A stretch of 63,557 nucleotides of DNA, the filler included. It is 5 parts of 5 records of this genome, joined end to end, with 100 filler letters (N's around TTAATTAATTAA, not from the genome) between each part and the next. Parts side by side here need not be neighbours in the genome. Positions count along the whole stretch, not along the records: positions 57,605 to 63,557 come from DRR723986_8223; 4 more parts are not named here. One strand, 5' to 3'. Both the position numbers and the translations under genes were made by a program. Within the stretch, counting starts at the first letter, position 1. The number at the start of each line of letters is the position of its first letter. Below, in pieces: positions 59,878 to 63,557 of the stretch. The notes under the pieces were generated by a model. It made no database searches. It saw only the letters and a program-made list of their open reading frames with translations, and was not told the origin of the DNA.

Positions 59878-61821
59878 TTGAGACGCAACCGCGCCGAAAA
59901 TGATGCCAGCCACAACAAGCTGACGCGCCGTGCCGCACTGCTTGGCGGGGCGCAGCTGTTGTTTATGGGCGGTCTTGCGGCACGGATGCGGTATTTGCAG
60001 GTCGATCAGGCCGATCAGTTCCGTTTGCTGGCCGAGGAAAACCGCATCAACATTCGCCTGATACCGCCCGCCCGCGGCGAGATTTTTGATCGCAACGGGG
60101 TGCGGCTGGCGCAGAATGTTCCGTCTTACCGGATCGTGATTGTGCGCGAGGACGCTGGTGATGTTGAGGCGGTGCTGGACCGGTTGGCGCAGATCATCAC
60201 CCTTGATCCCGAAGTGCGCGAGCGGGTTCTGGCCGAAGTCAAACGTTCCGCGCCGTTCCTGCCCGTGACCATCATCGACGATGTCAGCTGGGAAGACGTG
60301 AGCAAGGTGAGTGTCAACGCGCCCGCCCTGCCCGGCGTCACCCCGGAGGTGGGCCTGACCCGCGTCTACCCGCGCGGCTCGCATTTTGCCCATGTGGTTG
60401 GCCGGGTCGGCAGGGTCAGTCAGGCGGATCTCGATGCCCTTGAAGACCCGGACCAATTGCTGCGCATACCACGGTTCCAGATCGGCAAGATCAACGTCGA
60501 AGCCCGGCAAGAAGCCTTGTTGCGCGGCAGTGCCGGCACCAAGCAGGTCGAGGTCAACGCAACTGGCCGGGTGATGCGCGAGCTGGCCCGCCGCGAGGGG
60601 CAATCAGGCGCGGATCTGCAATTGACCGTGGATGCCAATCTGCAAGGCTACGTCCAGGCGCGTCTGGGCGATGAATCTGCCGCCGTCGTGATCATTGATT
60701 GCGAAACCGGTGATCTGGTCGCCAATGCCTCTGCCCCCAGCTATGACCCCAACCTCTTTATCGGCGGCATTTCCTCTGCCGATTACAATCCGCTCTTGCA
60801 ATCGATCTACCGCCCTCTGGTCAACAAAACCGTGCAAGGCAGCTACCCGCCCGGTTCGACCTTCAAGATGATCGTGGCCATGGCCGCACTGGAGGAAGGC
60901 CTCGCCGGGCCGGACGACACTGCCTATTGCCCCGGCTTTGTCGAAGTGGCAGATCGCAAGTTCCACTGTTGGAAACGCGCCGGCCATGGCTGGGTTGATC
61001 TGGGCAATTCGCTCAAACAATCCTGCGATGTCTATTATTATGATCTGGCGCTCAAGGTCGGCATCGAAAAGATCAGCGCCATGGCAAACCGCTTTGGCCT
61101 CGGGATCAGGCATGATCTGCCATTGTCTTCGGTGTCTTCCGGGCTAACCCCGACGAAGGACTGGAAGAAAACCGTGCGCGGGGCCGATTGGGTGATCGGC
61201 GATACCGTCAACGCCTCTATCGGTCAGGGCTTCATGCTGGCCTCGCCCTTGCAGCTGGCTGTGATGACTGCCCGCATCGCAACCGGTCGCGAGATCACGC
61301 CGCGGCTGATCAAATCTGTTGATGGGGTAGAGCAATCCCAAGGCGCAGCTGCGCCACTGGGCGTAAATGAGAACAACCTGCGGCAGATGCGACGCGGCAT
61401 GTATGACGTGGTCAACAACCGGCGCGGCACCGCCTACAAATCGCGGATCATCGCAGAAGATATGCGCATGGCGGGCAAGACCGGCACCAGTCAGGTGCGC
61501 AATATTACCGCCGCCGAGCGGGCACGCGGTGTGACCCGGAACCGCGATCTGCCTTGGGAACGCCGCGATCACGCGCTTTTTGTCAGCTTCGCACCATATG
61601 ACAAACCCCGCTATGCGGTTTCCGTGTTGGTCGAACATGGCGGTGGCGGATCTACTGCCGCGGCACCAATTGCCCGCGATGTGATGTTGCAAGCCCTCGC
61701 AGGAGGCGAGCCGCCGCTGGAGGCCTATCCAACCGGCGACCGCGACCGCATCCGCGAGCAGCAGCGCAAACTGCGTGATATTCAGCCGATGGCCAAGATT
61801 GACGGCAAGGATCAGGCATGA
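59878..61821 (+). CDS. mrdA: Penicillin-binding protein 2
   Basis: P.RG.I.DRNG, PGSTFK (SxxK), SCDVYYY, GKTGTSQV; TTG start. Confidence 0.95.
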   Translation: MRRNRAENDASHNKLTRRAALLGGAQLLFMGGLAARMRYLQVDQADQFRLLAEENRINIRLIPPARGEIFDRNGVRLAQNVPSYRIVIVREDAGDVEAVLDRLAQIITLDPEVRERVLAEVKRSAPFLPVTIIDDVSWEDVSKVSVNAPALPGVTPEVGLTRVYPRGSHFAHVVGRVGRVSQADLDALEDPDQLLRIPRFQIGKINVEARQEALLRGSAGTKQVEVNATGRVMRELARREGQSGADLQLTVDANLQGYVQARLGDESAAVVIIDCETGDLVANASAPSYDPNLFIGGISSADYNPLLQSIYRPLVNKTVQGSYPPGSTFKMIVAMAALEEGLAGPDDTAYCPGFVEVADRKFHCWKRAGHGWVDLGNSLKQSCDVYYYDLALKVGIEKISAMANRFGLGIRHDLPLSSVSSGLTPTKDWKKTVRGADWVIGDTVNASIGQGFMLASPLQLAVMTARIATGREITPRLIKSVDGVEQSQGAAAPLGVNENNLRQMRRGMYDVVNNRRGTAYKSRIIAEDMRMAGKTGTSQVRNITAAERARGVTRNRDLPWERRDHALFVSFAPYDKPRYAVSVLVEHGGGGSTAAAPIARDVMLQALAGGEPPLEAYPTGDRDRIREQQRKLRDIQPMAKIDGKDQA

Positions 61822-62957
61822 GTTATCTTGAACATTCCGTCAAATCCGTTCCCACAGGTCTGCGCAAAGTCCTGTTCGTGAACTGGCCGCTTGCGCTTTT
61901 GCTGGCCTCGGTCTGCGGGATTGGCTTTTTGATGCTGTATTCCGTTGCGGGCGGATCATTCTCACCATGGGCAGAGCCGCAAATCAAACGTTTTGCCCTT
62001 GGCCTTGGCGTGATGTTCACGGTGGCCTTTGTGCCGATCTGGCTATGGCGCAACCTGTCCGGTGTGGCCTATGGCGTGTCGTTTCTACTGCTGCTTGCGG
62101 TGGCCTTCGTCGGGGAAGAGCGTAAAGGCTCGCAGCGCTGGATCGACCTTGGCTTTATGGACCTTCAGCCCTCCGAGTTGATGAAAATCACTCTGGTGAT
62201 GTTTCTCGCCGCCTATTACGACTGGCTTCCGGCCAAGAAAGTCTCGCGGCCATTTTGGGTGCTGCTGCCGGTGTTGATCATCTGCGTGCCGACGGCGTTG
62301 GTTCTCAAGCAGCCGGATCTTGGCACCTCCATCCTTTTGCTGACAGCGGGGGGCGGATTGATGTTTCTGGCCGGTGTGCATTGGGCGTATTTCGCGGCGG
62401 TGATCACCTCTGCCGTTGGATTGATCACGGCGGTGTTCCAATCGCGCGGGACCACCTGGCAATTGCTTAATGACTACCAGTACCGCCGCATCGACACCTT
62501 CCTTGACCCCTCTGCCGATCCATTGGGTGCGGGCTATCACATCACTCAATCCAAGATCGCCCTTGGCTCTGGCGGCTGGACCGGGCGGGGATATATGCAA
62601 GGCACGCAATCGCGGCTGAACTTCCTTCCAGAAAAGCACACCGACTTTATCTTTACCACGCTGGCCGAAGAGTTCGGCTTTATCGGGGGTGTGTCTCTGC
62701 TGAGCCTTTATGCGCTGATCATCGTGTTCTGTATCGGCACTGCGCTGCTTAACAAAGACCGGTTTTCCTCCCTCCTGACACTGGGCATTGCGCTGAACTT
62801 TTTCCTGTTTTTCGCGGTCAACATGTCGATGGTCATGGGTTTGGCCCCGGTGGTGGGTGTGCCACTGCCGCTGGTCAGCTATGGCGGCTCTGCGATGTTG
62901 GTGCTGCTGTTGGCGTTCGGTCTTGTGCAAAGTGCGCATATCCACCGGCCGCGTTGA
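61818..62957 (+). CDS. rodA: Rod shape-determining protein RodA (SEDS)
   Basis: GSQRWI, QPSE.MK, QPDLGT, PEKHTDFIF, PLVSYGGS. Confidence 0.96.
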   Translation: MSYLEHSVKSVPTGLRKVLFVNWPLALLLASVCGIGFLMLYSVAGGSFSPWAEPQIKRFALGLGVMFTVAFVPIWLWRNLSGVAYGVSFLLLLAVAFVGEERKGSQRWIDLGFMDLQPSELMKITLVMFLAAYYDWLPAKKVSRPFWVLLPVLIICVPTALVLKQPDLGTSILLLTAGGGLMFLAGVHWAYFAAVITSAVGLITAVFQSRGTTWQLLNDYQYRRIDTFLDPSADPLGAGYHITQSKIALGSGGWTGRGYMQGTQSRLNFLPEKHTDFIFTTLAEEFGFIGGVSLLSLYALIIVFCIGTALLNKDRFSSLLTLGIALNFFLFFAVNMSMVMGLAPVVGVPLPLVSYGGSAMLVLLLAFGLVQSAHIHRPR

Positions 62958-62988
62958 TCCCTCCACTTCTCCATTTCAAGGAACTGTA

Positions 62989-63399
62989 ATGAGCATCTTT
63001 CATCTGGCCTATAACGTCCGCGATCTGGACAGCGCCCGCACATTCTATGGCGAAACGCTGGGCTGCTCGCCGGGCCGGTTTACCGAGACATGGGCCGACT
63101 TCAACTTTTTCGGCCATCAGATTTCCCTGCATCTGGGGGAGCCGTTTGCCACCGCCACAACAGGCAAGGTTGGCGAACATCTGGTGCCCATGCCGCATCT
63201 TGGGGTGATCCTCCCAGCTGAGGAATGGCAAACCCTGGCTGACCGGCTCACGCGGGCAGGCGTGGATTTTGTGATCCCGCCCAGCACCCGCTTTGCCGGT
63301 GAACCGGGTGCGCAAAGCACGATGTTTTTTCGCGATCCGTCGGGCAATCCGATCGAGGTCAAGGGATTTGCCGATATGTCAGGGGTGTTTGCCACATGA
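62989..63399 (+). CDS. VOC/glyoxalase family protein
   Basis: FHLA..V.DL...R.FY, FFGHQ.SLH, VP.PH.G, TMFF.DPSGN.IE.K; AAGGA RBS. Confidence 0.9.
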   Translation: MSIFHLAYNVRDLDSARTFYGETLGCSPGRFTETWADFNFFGHQISLHLGEPFATATTGKVGEHLVPMPHLGVILPAEEWQTLADRLTRAGVDFVIPPSTRFAGEPGAQSTMFFRDPSGNPIEVKGFADMSGVFAT

Positions 63400-63557
63400 T
63401 CAATGTTCTGTTTGCCGCCCGGCCCGAACGCTGGACCACCTATGAACAGCCCCTACGCGATGCACTGGCCAAGGCGGGGATCGAGGCCAATCTGGCCGTG
63501 GATCTGCCCCCCGAAGAGGTCGATTATATCGTCTATGCCCCCAACAGCGATGTGCAG
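63396..63557 (+). CDS. Glyoxylate/hydroxypyruvate reductase A-like 2-hydroxyacid dehydrogenase (N-terminal fragment)
   Basis: MINVLFAARPERW..Y..PL..AL...VDYIVYAP; ATGA overlap; this gene type commonly follows rodA in Rhodobacteraceae. Confidence 0.65.
   Translation, partial: MINVLFAARPERWTTYEQPLRDALAKAGIEANLAVDLPPEEVDYIVYAPNSDVQ

Overview
The window is a concatenation of five unlinked fragments joined by 100-nt N/TTAATTAATTAA spacers, so no linkage should be inferred across them. (1) 1-11972: Rhodobacteraceae-type housekeeping block (holC, pepA, lptFGD, surA, pdxA, rsmA, DUF4167, prmC, partial prfA). (2) 12073-23910: alphaproteobacterial, probably Hyphomonadaceae-like (partial purL, M28 peptidase, bolA, ACE-like M2 peptidase, grxD, rimO, DJ-1/GlxA pair, two DUF2807 genes, PPK2, partial rpsD). 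(3) 24011-32932: starts with the 3' end of a tRNA-Gly followed by integrase-arm-like repeats. It carries a nitrosative-stress module (NsrR-like regulator, group III truncated globin, short RIC-like hemerythrin) and the distal part of a nitrate reductase operon (narH-narJ-porin-narI-PPIase-hemerythrin-carbonic anhydrase-mobA). (4) 33033-57504: lower-GC FCB-group fragment (Kapabacteria/Ignavibacteria-like, inferred). It encodes a T9SS-type cargo protein, a degenerate aspartokinase, an internally duplicated beta-barrel lipoprotein and a three-gene operon of unknown function. That operon pairs a GldM/PorM-like single-pass protein, with a glutamate inside its membrane helix, with two paralogous outer-membrane beta-barrels. 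It is the best candidate for an undescribed system, possibly a divergent T9SS or other trans-envelope motor. (5) 57605-63557: Rhodobacteraceae mreBCD-mrdA-rodA, a VOC gene and the start of ghrA. All product calls come from motif recognition by eye; no searches were run.
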